From the NCBI GenBank assembly GCA_024235895.1, contig JACKLM010000009.1, positions 19,380-83,379 on the forward strand: DNA of 64,000 nt. The letters are read 5' to 3'. The notes beneath the pieces were generated by a model that did not search any database, was not told where the DNA came from, and saw only the letters and a program-made list of their open reading frames with translations. Source of the stretch: Burkholderiaceae bacterium (GTDB lineage Bacteria > Pseudomonadota > Gammaproteobacteria > Burkholderiales > Burkholderiaceae_C). The position numbers were made by a program, and so were the translations under genes. Position 1 is the first letter of the stretch. Each line of letters starts with the position of its first letter. Below are positions 39,057 through 49,292 of the stretch, piece by piece.

Positions 39057-40301
39057 ATGACGACCCGCCCCAGCCGCTCGCGCCGCCGCTTCAACCTCGC
39101 ACTGGCCGGCGCCGCCAGCGCCGCCGCGCTGGCGCCGGTCTCGCTCGTGCGCGCGCAGTCGCGCACGCTCAAGGTCGGCGTGCTGCACCCGCTGACCGGC
39201 TACCAGGGCTTCATCGGCCAGTCGTGCAAGAAGGGCACGGATCTCGCGCCCGAGGTGCTGAAGTCGATGTACGGGGTCGACATCGAGCTGATGAACGTCG
39301 ACACCGAGACCAACGTCGACGTCGCGCGCACGCGCGCCGAGCGGCTGATCCAGGAAGGCGCGCACGTGCTGGTCGGCCCGTTCGACTCGGGTGCGGCGGC
39401 GGCGATCGCGCAGGTCGCCGAGCAGCGTGGCGTGCCCTTCGTGATCAACATCGCCGCCGCGCCGCAGATCACCGAGCAGGGCTACAAGTTCGTCTTCCGC
39501 AACTTTCCGACCGCACCCGAGCTGGTGACCAACGGGCTGGCGCTGATCGGCGACCTGTTCCAGGCCACCAACACGGCGCCGCGCACCGCGGTCTTCATGC
39601 ACGTCAACGACACCTTCGGCAAGTCGATGGCGGGGGGCATCAACGCCATCCTGCCGCGGCTGACGCAGCTGCCGTTCAAGGTCGTCGACACCATCGCCTA
39701 CGACCCGGCGGCGCGCGACCTCACGGTGGAAGTCTCGCGCGCGCGTGCGTCGAAGGCCGACTTCGTGCTGCTCGTCTCGCGGCTGAACGATGCCATCCAG
39801 CTGCGCCGCGAGATGGTCAAGCAGCGCTGGAACCCGATGGGCATCGTCAGCCCGGGGTCGCCCGGCATGTACGAGAAGCAGTACTACTCGACGCTGGGCA
39901 AGCTCAGCGAGCACGCGATCTCCAACGTCCCGTGGTACGACCCCAAGGCCGAGCTGACGGCGGCCGTCGAACGCGCGTTCAAGGCGCGCAACAAGGACGA
40001 CGCGCTGATGTTCCACGCCCTGAACGTCGGCTTCAGCTTCGAGGCCGTGATGATCGCCGCCGATGCGTTCAAGCGCGCCGGCAGCACCGACCCGAAGACG
40101 CTCGCCGAGGCGATCCGCGCCACCGACATCGCCAAGCGGATGATGATCGGCGGGCCGATCCGCTTCAACGCCAAGGGCCAGGTCCAGGGCAATCGCTCGG
40201 CATGCATCCAGAACCTGAACCAGCGTCCGATGGTCGTGCTGCCGGCGGCGTCGGCCGAAGCCAGCCCGGTCTTCCCGGTGCCCGGCTACCGGCCGGCCTG
40301 A
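39057..40301 (+). CDS. Liv-type ABC transporter substrate-binding protein with Tat signal
   Basis: SRRRFNL twin-arginine signal, LKVGVLHPLTG, VLVGPFDSG, INIAAAPQIT. RBS GAGGAG upstream. Confidence 0.88.
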   Translation: MTTRPSRSRRRFNLALAGAASAAALAPVSLVRAQSRTLKVGVLHPLTGYQGFIGQSCKKGTDLAPEVLKSMYGVDIELMNVDTETNVDVARTRAERLIQEGAHVLVGPFDSGAAAAIAQVAEQRGVPFVINIAAAPQITEQGYKFVFRNFPTAPELVTNGLALIGDLFQATNTAPRTAVFMHVNDTFGKSMAGGINAILPRLTQLPFKVVDTIAYDPAARDLTVEVSRARASKADFVLLVSRLNDAIQLRREMVKQRWNPMGIVSPGSPGMYEKQYYSTLGKLSEHAISNVPWYDPKAELTAAVERAFKARNKDDALMFHALNVGFSFEAVMIAADAFKRAGSTDPKTLAEAIRATDIAKRMMIGGPIRFNAKGQVQGNRSACIQNLNQRPMVVLPAASAEASPVFPVPGYRPA

Positions 40302-40434
40302 GCGGCACCCGCGACGACGCCCCCGGACGCCGCACCGCCGGCCCGAGCCGGCGCGTGCGGCCCGCGGCCTGCGCCCGTCCCGATCGCCCCGCGGCCCGCG
40401 CCCTGCCCTCGCACCCGAACCGACCCCGAATCGC

Positions 40435-41304
40435 ATGCCGATCGACCTGATCGCCAACGTCGTCGTCGCCGGCATCCTGACCGGGATGGTCTACGGGTTG
40501 ATGGCGCTCGGGCTGTCGGTCATCTTCGGCGTCGTGCGGGTCGTCAACTTCGCCCATGGCGAGATGATGACGATCGCGATGTACGCCGCCGTCGTGCTGT
40601 TCGCGCAGTGGCAGGTCGATCCGTTCCTCGCCGCGCTGCCGGTGGCACTGCTGTTCTTCGGCTTCGGCTATGCGCTGCAGGCCGGGCTGATCAACCGCTT
40701 CATCGGCCGCCCCGAGCACTCGCAGTTCATGCTGCTGGTCGCGCTGGCGATGATCATGATCAACGTCATGCTGATGGTCTTCGGCCCGAGCGCGCGCAAC
40801 GTGATGGTCGACTACCAGCTCGACAGCTTCGAGCTCGGCGCGCTGCTGCTCGACAAGGCACGCGTCTACGCCGCGCTCGCGGCGCTGGCGACCGCGGCCG
40901 CGCTGTTCGCCTTCTTCCGCTACACGCTCACCGGCAAGGCGATCCGCGCCTGCGCCGACAACCACCTCGGCGCCAAGGTCGTCGGGCTGAACGTCGGGCG
41001 CTACTACGCGCTGACCTTCGGCCTCGGGTCGGCCTGCGTCGCGGTCGCCGGCTGCCTGATGGTGCTGCTGGTCGACGTGACGCCGGTGCTGGGGCCGGCG
41101 TACACCCTGCTGGCGTTCGTGATCGTCATCGTCGGCGGGCTCGGGTCGATGGGCGGCGCGCTGCTCGGCGGCGTGCTGATCGGGCTGTCCGAGGCCCTGG
41201 CGGGGCTGTTCATCGCGCCTTCGGCCAAGAGCATGTTCAGCTTCGCGCTGCTGATCGCGGTGCTGCTGCTTCGACCCCAGGGCCTGCTGGGGCGACGGGC
41301 GTGA
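40435..41304 (+). CDS. LivH-type ABC permease
   Basis: GLSVIFGVVRVVNFAHGE, GGLGSMGGA, LLRPQGLLG. Confidence 0.92.
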   Translation: MPIDLIANVVVAGILTGMVYGLMALGLSVIFGVVRVVNFAHGEMMTIAMYAAVVLFAQWQVDPFLAALPVALLFFGFGYALQAGLINRFIGRPEHSQFMLLVALAMIMINVMLMVFGPSARNVMVDYQLDSFELGALLLDKARVYAALAALATAAALFAFFRYTLTGKAIRACADNHLGAKVVGLNVGRYYALTFGLGSACVAVAGCLMVLLVDVTPVLGPAYTLLAFVIVIVGGLGSMGGALLGGVLIGLSEALAGLFIAPSAKSMFSFALLIAVLLLRPQGLLGRRA

Positions 41305-41341
41305 CCGCGCAGGGTCGGCACGTCAGCGCGCGGGGTCGCCG

Positions 41342-42355
41342 ATGACGCACTGGTCCGCCCTGCCCGCGCACGAGCGGCGCGCCGTGCTGGGGCTCGCGGC
41401 GCTGCTGGCGGTGCTGGTCGCGCTGCCAGTGGTGATCAGCGGCTACCTGCTTTCGGTGGCGATCCTGATCCTGTACTTCGCCTACACCGGGCAGGCGTGG
41501 AACGTGATGATGGGGTTCGCGGGCCAGCTCTCGCTCGGGCACTCGCTGTACGTCGGCGTCGCGGCCTACGCGGCGGCGGCGCTGTACGTGCACTTCGGCG
41601 TCGGGCCGTGGATGGGGGTGTGGCTGGCGGTGCTGCTGTGCGCCGGCCTCGGTGCGGCGATCGGCTTCCTGGCGTTTCGCTTCGGCATCGGCGGCGTGTA
41701 CTTCGCGCTGCTGACGATCGCCTTCGCCGAGTTCACCCGCATCGGCTTCGACCACTTCGAGTGGGTCGGCGCCAGCGGCGGGTTCTTCCTGCCGGTCGAG
41801 CAGCGCACGAGCAACGACCTGCTCGACCTGCGCGGCTCGCCGGTGATGTTCTACTACGTGATGCTGGCGCTCGCCGCGGCGGCGTTCGCGCTGTGCGCCT
41901 GGCTGCTCAGGAGCCGCGCCGGCTACTACTGGCAGGCGATCCGCGAGAACGAGGAAGCGGCGCAGGCGCTGGGCATCCATGTCTTCCGCTGGAAGATGCT
42001 CGCGGTCGTCATCAGCTCGGCGATGACGGCGCTGGCCGGCGTCTTCTTCGCCTTCTACTACAACAACCTGTTTCCCGAGCAGATCTTCCACATCAGCCGC
42101 TCGATCGAGATGATCCTGGGGCCGATCATCGGTGGTGTCGGCACGCTGTTCGGCCCGGTGCTGGGTGCGGCGGTGTTGACGTTGCTGGCCGACGGCATCA
42201 CCGATCTGCTGGCCAAGCTCGGCGTCGAGTTCCCCGGCGTCAAGCAGGTCTTCTACGGGCTCGTGCTGCTGCTCGTCATCATGTTCCGCCCGAACGGCCT
42301 GTGGCCCGCGCTGGCGCGCCGCCTCGGGTTGTCGCGCGACGGCGCGGGCGATTGA
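41342..42355 (+). CDS. LivM-type ABC permease
   Basis: WNVMMGFAGQLSLGH, YFALLTIAF, AIRENEEAAQALG, IIGGVGTLFGP. Confidence 0.92.
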   Translation: MTHWSALPAHERRAVLGLAALLAVLVALPVVISGYLLSVAILILYFAYTGQAWNVMMGFAGQLSLGHSLYVGVAAYAAAALYVHFGVGPWMGVWLAVLLCAGLGAAIGFLAFRFGIGGVYFALLTIAFAEFTRIGFDHFEWVGASGGFFLPVEQRTSNDLLDLRGSPVMFYYVMLALAAAAFALCAWLLRSRAGYYWQAIRENEEAAQALGIHVFRWKMLAVVISSAMTALAGVFFAFYYNNLFPEQIFHISRSIEMILGPIIGGVGTLFGPVLGAAVLTLLADGITDLLAKLGVEFPGVKQVFYGLVLLLVIMFRPNGLWPALARRLGLSRDGAGD

Positions 42356-42360
42356 CGGCC

Positions 42361-43089
42361 ATGGCCGCGCTGCTCGAAGTCGAGGGCCTGGGCAAGTCGT
42401 TCCGCGGCCTGCGCGCGGTGGCCGACGCCAGCTTCGAGGTGCCCGAGGGCGGCATCGTCGCGCTGATCGGCCCCAACGGCGCCGGCAAGACGACGATCTT
42501 CAACATGGTCGCCGGCGCCTTCGCGCCCAGCGAGGGCCGGATCCGCTTCGCCGGCGCGCGCATCGACGGCCTGCGCCCGGACCAGGTCTGCGCCGCCGGC
42601 ATCGGCCGCACGTTCCAGGTCGTCAAGCCGTTCGCCGGCCTGACCGTGCTCGACAACGTCGTCGTCGGCGCACTGCAGCGCAGCGCGGGCGTCGGCGCGG
42701 CGCGCGCGCTGGCGCTGCGCGTGCTCGAGCGGCTCGGGCTGGCGGACCGGCGCGACCAGCGGGCCTCGGCGCTGACGCTGCCCGACCGCAAGAAGCTGGA
42801 AGTCGCGCGCGCGCTGGCCACGCAGCCCAGGCTGCTGCTGCTCGACGAGGTGATGGCGGGCCTGCGCCCGACCGAGTGCGACCAGATGGTCGAGGTGCTG
42901 CGCGAGCTCAACCACCGCGACGGCGTCACCATCCTGCTGATCGAGCATGTGATGCGCGCGGTGATGGCGCTGGCGCAGCACATCGTGGTGCTGCACCATG
43001 GCCAGATCGTCGCCCGCGGTAGCCCCGGGCAGGTCGTGCGCGACCCGGCGGTACTCGAGTGCTACCTGGGCGAGGATGCCGAGGTATGA
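42361..43089 (+). CDS. LivG-type ABC ATP-binding protein
   Basis: GPNGAGKTT, GRTFQ, LLLDEVMAGL, IEHVM, YLG. Confidence 0.93.
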   Translation: MAALLEVEGLGKSFRGLRAVADASFEVPEGGIVALIGPNGAGKTTIFNMVAGAFAPSEGRIRFAGARIDGLRPDQVCAAGIGRTFQVVKPFAGLTVLDNVVVGALQRSAGVGAARALALRVLERLGLADRRDQRASALTLPDRKKLEVARALATQPRLLLLDEVMAGLRPTECDQMVEVLRELNHRDGVTILLIEHVMRAVMALAQHIVVLHHGQIVARGSPGQVVRDPAVLECYLGEDAEV

Positions 43090-43120
43090 GGCGCACCCTC
43101 GCGCGACGGGAGGCCGGGCG

Positions 43121-43825
<705 letters not shown>

Positions 43826-43828
43826 GTT

Positions 43829-44533
43829 TCAGGGCGCCGGCGTCAGCGTCCAGACCGTGGCCGGCGGGATGTTGGCGACGATCGTGCGACCACGCATCCA
43901 GCGAAAGCCGGGGCCGGCGTCGAACGGAGCGCGCGGCGCGTAGGTGAACTGCACCAGCCAGCTCCCCGTGTGACGCGTCAGGAAGTCGAGGATCGCGCGC
44001 CGCGTCTGCGCGTGCACCGCCGGCGGCAGAGACCGGAACGGAAGGCTGGACACGAGCGCGATCCGGCCACTGCGGCCGTCCGCGCCATCGTCGCTGTCGT
44101 CGCTGTCGTCGCCGTCGTCGCCGTCGTCGCCGTCACCGCGCCCAAGGACACCGTCGGCTCGCGGCCCCAGGGCAGGCCGCGGCAACGACGCAGCGCGTTG
44201 CGCGGCCAGGGCCGGCCGGGCCGTCCCCGCCTGCGCGACATCGCCCTCGTAGCCGTCCAGCACCCAGGCGGCGGGCTGCCCGACCACACGCGCCTGCGGG
44301 AAGCTGCGCGCCAGCCGCCGCGCCAACGCCGGCTGCAGCTCGACCAGCGTCAGCGTCGCGTCCGGATGCTGGCGTGCCAAGGCCCTCGTGACCGCGCCGG
44401 TCCCGGCGCCGAGCTCGACGATATGCCCTGCCCCGCGAGCCGCGTCGGCCATCGCCCGCGCGAGGAACTGCGACGAGGGGGCGACCGCCCCGGTCAGGGC
44501 CGGGGCGCGGATCAGGTGCGAAAGCAGTTGCAT
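43829..44533 (-). CDS. Class I SAM-dependent methyltransferase (PmtA-like) with an acidic low-complexity insertion
   Basis: GAVAPSS, IVELGAGTGAVT (motif I), VELQP, LVSSLPF, VQFTY, NIPPATVW. Confidence 0.8.
   Translation of the reverse strand: MQLLSHLIRAPALTGAVAPSSQFLARAMADAARGAGHIVELGAGTGAVTRALARQHPDATLTLVELQPALARRLARSFPQARVVGQPAAWVLDGYEGDVAQAGTARPALAAQRAASLPRPALGPRADGVLGRGDGDDGDDGDDSDDSDDGADGRSGRIALVSSLPFRSLPPAVHAQTRRAILDFLTRHTGSWLVQFTYAPRAPFDAGPGFRWMRGRTIVANIPPATVWTLTPAP
44082..44135. repeat. 9-bp VNTR (6 units) inside the methyltransferase
   Basis: gcgccatcg tcgctgtcg tcgctgtcg tcgccgtcg tcgccgtcg tcgccgtca; on the minus strand it encodes DGDDGDDGDDSDDSDDGA. Confidence 0.9.
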
Positions 44534-44634
44534 GCCCCGATGCTAGGCGACAAGAGCGATGCCCACCGCGCAGGGCTTACCCTGCACGCAACCTTGGACG
44601 TGCAGGGGCGTGCGGGCCGATACGCGGGTCCGCA

Positions 44635-46113
44635 TCAGCGCGCGACATCCACAGCGCCCGGTGCAGAGTCGGACCTGCCGTCGACCCGCGTGCCGCCCCC
44701 AAGCACCCGATACAGCAACACCGCGTTCTGCCGCAGCGCAAGCTCGGTCTGCACTGCCGCCTGCTCGGCCGCCAGCCGCGCGCGCTCGGCGTCCAGCCGC
44801 TCCAGCGCGCTGGCGGCGCCGTGCGACAGCATCATCTCGACCAGCGCCAGCCGTTGGCCCTCGGCGCGCGCCTGCGCGCGCTGGGCGTCGAGCTGCAGCG
44901 CGAGCGTGGCGCGCGCGGCCAGCGCGTCGGCGACCTCGCGGAAGGCGGACTGGATCGCCCTGTCGTACTGCGCCACCGCGGCGTCGCGCGCGGCCTGCAC
45001 GGCGGCGAGCGCGGCGCGGTTGCGCCCGGCGTCGAACAGCGGCTGCAGCAGCTGGCCGGCAAAGCTCCAGGCGGTGTTCGAGAACAGCCCAGACAGCTCG
45101 CTGCTGGCGGTGCCGAGGCTGCCGGTCAGCGTGATGCGCGGGAACTTCGCGGCGCGCGCGGCGCCCATGTCGGCCTCGGCGGCGGCGAGCTGGGCCTCGG
45201 CCTGGCGCACGTCGGGGCGCTGCAGCAGCACGTCCGACGGCAGCCCCGCCGGCAGCTCGGCGAAGGCATGGTCGGCGAGCGCGCGCGGCGGCGGCAGATC
45301 GGCCGGCAGCTCGCCACCCGCGAGCAGCGCCAGCGCGTTCGCGCGCTGCGCGCGCTGGCGCAGCAGCGCGGCGTGCTGCGCGCGCGCGGCGGCGACCAGC
45401 GACTCGTTGGCGTGCAGCTCCGGCGCGCCGGCCGCACCGCCGTCGAACTTGACCCGCACCAGCTTCAGCGTGGCCGCGCGCGACGCCAGCACGCGTTCGG
45501 TGACGGCGATCAGCGCATCGTCGGCGCGCAGCGCGAGCTCGGTATCGACGACGGCGGCGATCAGGCTGAGCTCGGCGGCGCGGCGCGCCTCGTCGGTGGC
45601 AGCCAGCCGCGCCGCCGCGGCATCGCCCAGGCTGCGCACGCGGCCGAACAGGTCGACCTCGTAGTTCGCGAGCGTGAAGCCGACGCTGTAGCTGTCCGAC
45701 GCGCTGCTGCGCGCGACCTGGGCGCCGACGCCGACGCCGGGCAGCTCGTCGGCGCGCGCCACGCCCAGCAGCGCGCGCGCGCGCTCGACATTCGCCACCG
45801 CGATCCGCAGGTCGCGGTTGGCCGCCAGCGCCTGCCGCACCAGCGCCTGCGTGCGCGCATCGGTGACGAAGTCGGTCCAGGGCACGGCGGCCGCGGGCGT
45901 TGCCGCGACGGCCGGTGGATCACCCGCGGAACCGATCTGCGGCGGCTGCGGAAAGGCCCCCGGCAACGTGGGTGCCGGCCGCTCGCCCGGCGGCGGTGCT
46001 GCGCAACCCGCCACCGCCAGCGCGGCGATCACGGCGGCCGCCGCGCGCATCGGGTGCGAGCGGGCCGTGGGGCGCGGTGCGACCGTGCGCGGCCTCGAAA
46101 GACGGCTGTCCAT
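44635..46113 (-). CDS. RND outer-membrane factor lipoprotein (OprM/NodT type)
   Basis: Lipobox LAVAGC, ALAANRDLR, YEVDLFGR, LPSDVLLQRPDVR, AFREVADAL, LYRVLGGG. Start at 46113 overlaps the acrB stop; an alternative start lies near 46050. Confidence 0.92.
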   Translation of the reverse strand: MDSRLSRPRTVAPRPTARSHPMRAAAAVIAALAVAGCAAPPPGERPAPTLPGAFPQPPQIGSAGDPPAVAATPAAAVPWTDFVTDARTQALVRQALAANRDLRIAVANVERARALLGVARADELPGVGVGAQVARSSASDSYSVGFTLANYEVDLFGRVRSLGDAAAARLAATDEARRAAELSLIAAVVDTELALRADDALIAVTERVLASRAATLKLVRVKFDGGAAGAPELHANESLVAAARAQHAALLRQRAQRANALALLAGGELPADLPPPRALADHAFAELPAGLPSDVLLQRPDVRQAEAQLAAAEADMGAARAAKFPRITLTGSLGTASSELSGLFSNTAWSFAGQLLQPLFDAGRNRAALAAVQAARDAAVAQYDRAIQSAFREVADALAARATLALQLDAQRAQARAEGQRLALVEMMLSHGAASALERLDAERARLAAEQAAVQTELALRQNAVLLYRVLGGGTRVDGRSDSAPGAVDVAR

Positions 46114-49100
46114 CACCGGTCCTCCCGCGGCGCGTGCTCGTTGATATTCTCGACCTGGTGGCGGTACAGCATCGCCTGGCGCCGGCTGACCGGGAACAGC
46201 CGCCGCACCAGGACGTAGAACAGCGGCACGAAGAACACCGCCAGCACGGTGCCGGTGAGCATGCCGCCGACGACGCCGGTGCCGATCGCGCGCTGGCTCG
46301 CCGAGCCGGCGCCGCTGGACAGGAACAGCGGCATCACGCCGAGCGTGAACGCCATCGAGGTCATCACGATCGGTCGGAAGCGCAGCCGCGCCGCCTCCAG
46401 CGCGGCGCGCATCGCATCCTTGCCCTGCGCCTGCGCGTCCTTGGCGAACTCGATGATCAGGATCGCGTTCTTGGCCGACAGCCCGATGATGGTCACCAGC
46501 CCGACCTGGAAGTACACGTCGTTGGCGTAGCCGCGCAGCAGCGTGGCCAGCACGACGCCGAGCACCCCCAGCGGCACGACCATGATGACTGCGGCCGGGA
46601 TCGACCAGCTCTCGTACAGCGCCGCCAGGCACAGGAAGACGGCCAGGATGGCGAAGCCGTACAGGATCATCGCCTGCGAGCCTGCGAGCTTCTCCTCGCG
46701 GCTGATGCCGGTCCACTCGAAACCGAAGCCTTCGGGCAGCTGGGTCATCAGCCGCTCCATCTCGTCCATCGCGTCGCCGGTCGAATAGCCCGCTGACGCC
46801 TGGCCGCCGATGCGCATCGCCGGGTAGCCGTTGTAGCGCACGGTCTGCATCGCACCCGTCACCCAGCGCGTGCTCGCGAACGCCGACAGCGGGACCGGCT
46901 CGCCGCGCGCATTGAGCGCGGTCAGCCGCAGCACGTCCTCGGGCTGCATGCGCGCCGGCGCATCGGCCTGGACGACGACGCGTTGCATGCGTCCGCGGCT
47001 GGGGAAATCGTTGACGTAGGCCGATCCGAGCGCGGTGCCGATCGCCGCGCTGACGGCGTCGAAACTCACGCCCAGCGCGGCGGCGCGCTCGCGGTCGACC
47101 TCGATCTGAAGCTGCGGCGCATCCTCCAGCCCGTCCGGTCGAACCTGGGTCAGCACCTTGCTGCCCGCGGCCATCCCGAGCAGCTGGTTGCGCGCCGCGA
47201 CGAGCGCGTCGTGCCCGAGCCCCGCGCGGTCCTGCAGCCGCATGTTGAAGCCCGACGCGCTGCCGAGCTCGGGGATCGGCGGCGGGCTGAGCGGGAAGAC
47301 GAAGCCGTCGCGGATGCCCATGAACGCGCCGAAGGCGCGCCCGGCCAGCGCCTGCGCCGACTGGCCCGGGCCACTGCGCTCGTCCCAGTCCTTCAGGTTG
47401 ACGAAGGCCAGCGCCGCGTTCTGCCCCTGGCCGCTGAAGCTGAAGCCGAGCACGCCGACCATCCCCTGCACCTCCGGCTGCTTCAGCATGAAGCCCTCGA
47501 CCTGCTCCATCACCGCGCGCGTGCGCTCCTGCGTCGCGCCGGGCGGCAGCTGCACGCTCACGATCAGGTTGCCCTGGTCCTCCGCCGGCAGGAACGACGC
47601 TGGCAGCCGCAGGTACATCCAGCCCAGCACGCCGACGATGACGAGGTAGATCAGCATCAGCCGCCCGGCGCGCGGCAGCATCGCGGCGACCCCACCGCCG
47701 TAGCCGCGCGCGGTGCGCTCGAAGAAGCGGTTGAACCAGCCGAACGGGCCGCGCGTGGCGTGCTCGTGCCCCGGCTCGAGCGGCTTGAGCAGCGTCGCGC
47801 ACAGTGCCGGCGTCAGCGACAGCGCCATGAAGGCCGAGAAGCCGATGGAGGCGACCATCACGGCGGCGAACTGGCGGTAGATGTTGCCGACCGAGCCGGG
47901 GAAGAAGGCCAGCGGCACGAACACCGCGATCAGCACCACCGTGATGCCGACGATCGCACCCTGGATCTGCCCCATCGCCTTGCGCGCCGCCTCGCGCGGC
48001 CCCAGGTGCTCCTCGCGCATGATGCGCTCGACGTTCTCGACCACGACGATGGCGTCGTCGACGACGATGCCGATCACCAGCACCATGCCGAACATGGTCA
48101 GCACGTTGATCGAGTAGCCGAGCGCGAACAGCACCGCGAAGGTGCCCAGCAGCGCGACCGGCACGACGATGGTCGGGATGATCGTGTAGCGGATCTTCTG
48201 CAGGAACAGCAGCATGACCAGGAACACGAGCCCGACCGCTTCGAGCAGCGTCACCGCGACCTGCGTGATCGAGATCCGCACGAAGCGCGACGCGTCGTAG
48301 GGGATGGCCCAGCTCATCCCGGCCGGGAAGTACGACTGCAACTCGTCCATCTTGGCGCGGATCGCGGCAGCCGTCTCGAGCGCGTTGCCGGTCGGCGCGA
48401 GCTGCACCCCGATCGCAGTCGAGGGCTGCCCGTTCAGCCGCGCGCTGGTGGCGTAGAACTGGGCGCCGAGCTCGATGCGCGCGACATCGCGCAGCCGCAC
48501 CGTCGAGCCGTCGGCATTGGCACGCAGCAGGATGTCGCCGAAAGCGTCGACGTCGCCGAGCTGCCCCTCGACGACGACGGTGGCGGTGATGCCCTGCCCC
48601 TGCACGTTGGGCAGTTCGCCTATGCTGCCCGCGGGCACCTGCGCGTTCTGCGCCCGCACGGCGGCCAGCACCTGCGTGCTCGACAGCCCGAAGCCCTGCA
48701 GCTTCGCCGGGTCGATCCACACGCGCATCGCCTGCTCGGTGCCGAACAGCTGCGCCTGCCCGACGCCGGGCACGCGCTGGATCTCGGGCAGCACGTTGCG
48801 CGCCGCGTAGTCGCCCAGCCGGACCGGGTTCCACGCCGGGTCGGTCGAGCTCAGCACGGTCACGAGCAGGAAGTTCGAGCGTGCCTTCTCGACCCGCACC
48901 CCCTGCTGCGTGACGACCGACGGCAGCCGCGGCGTCGCGCGCGCAAGGCGGTTCTGCACCTCGACCTGCGCCAGGTCGGCATCGGTGCCGGTCTCGAAGG
49001 TCAGCGTCAGGCTGCCGCTGCCGTTGGCCTGCGCCACCGACTCCATGTAGATCAGCCCGGGCGCGCCGTTCATCTCGCGCTCGACGATCGCCAGCACGCT

Positions 49101-49277
49101 GTCCTCCAGCGTCTGCGCCGACGCGCCGGGATAGCTGGCCGAGACGATGATCGAGGGCGGCGCCACCGGCGGGTACTGCGACACCGGCAGCTGCGTGATC
49201 GCCACGCCGCCGGCGACCATCAGGAACAGCGCGATGACCCACGCGAAGATGGGCCGGTCGATGAAGAAACTGGGCAT
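46113..49277 (-). CDS. acrB: HAE1 RND multidrug efflux inner-membrane pump (AcrB/MexB type)
   Basis: FFIDRPIFAWVIA, QYPPVAPP, GIVVDDAIVVVENVER, GLSAKNAILIIEFA, RFRPIVMTS. Confidence 0.93.
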   Translation of the reverse strand: MPSFFIDRPIFAWVIALFLMVAGGVAITQLPVSQYPPVAPPSIIVSASYPGASAQTLEDSVLAIVEREMNGAPGLIYMESVAQANGSGSLTLTFETGTDADLAQVEVQNRLARATPRLPSVVTQQGVRVEKARSNFLLVTVLSSTDPAWNPVRLGDYAARNVLPEIQRVPGVGQAQLFGTEQAMRVWIDPAKLQGFGLSSTQVLAAVRAQNAQVPAGSIGELPNVQGQGITATVVVEGQLGDVDAFGDILLRANADGSTVRLRDVARIELGAQFYATSARLNGQPSTAIGVQLAPTGNALETAAAIRAKMDELQSYFPAGMSWAIPYDASRFVRISITQVAVTLLEAVGLVFLVMLLFLQKIRYTIIPTIVVPVALLGTFAVLFALGYSINVLTMFGMVLVIGIVVDDAIVVVENVERIMREEHLGPREAARKAMGQIQGAIVGITVVLIAVFVPLAFFPGSVGNIYRQFAAVMVASIGFSAFMALSLTPALCATLLKPLEPGHEHATRGPFGWFNRFFERTARGYGGGVAAMLPRAGRLMLIYLVIVGVLGWMYLRLPASFLPAEDQGNLIVSVQLPPGATQERTRAVMEQVEGFMLKQPEVQGMVGVLGFSFSGQGQNAALAFVNLKDWDERSGPGQSAQALAGRAFGAFMGIRDGFVFPLSPPPIPELGSASGFNMRLQDRAGLGHDALVAARNQLLGMAAGSKVLTQVRPDGLEDAPQLQIEVDRERAAALGVSFDAVSAAIGTALGSAYVNDFPSRGRMQRVVVQADAPARMQPEDVLRLTALNARGEPVPLSAFASTRWVTGAMQTVRYNGYPAMRIGGQASAGYSTGDAMDEMERLMTQLPEGFGFEWTGISREEKLAGSQAMILYGFAILAVFLCLAALYESWSIPAAVIMVVPLGVLGVVLATLLRGYANDVYFQVGLVTIIGLSAKNAILIIEFAKDAQAQGKDAMRAALEAARLRFRPIVMTSMAFTLGVMPLFLSSGAGSASQRAIGTGVVGGMLTGTVLAVFFVPLFYVLVRRLFPVSRRQAMLYRHQVENINEHAPREDR

Positions 49278-49292
49278 GGCCGCCGCCTCGCG

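Noticed and set aside
44082-44135. VNTR as an on/off phase-variation switch
   Set aside because: The unit is 9 bp, so copy-number change keeps the reading frame.
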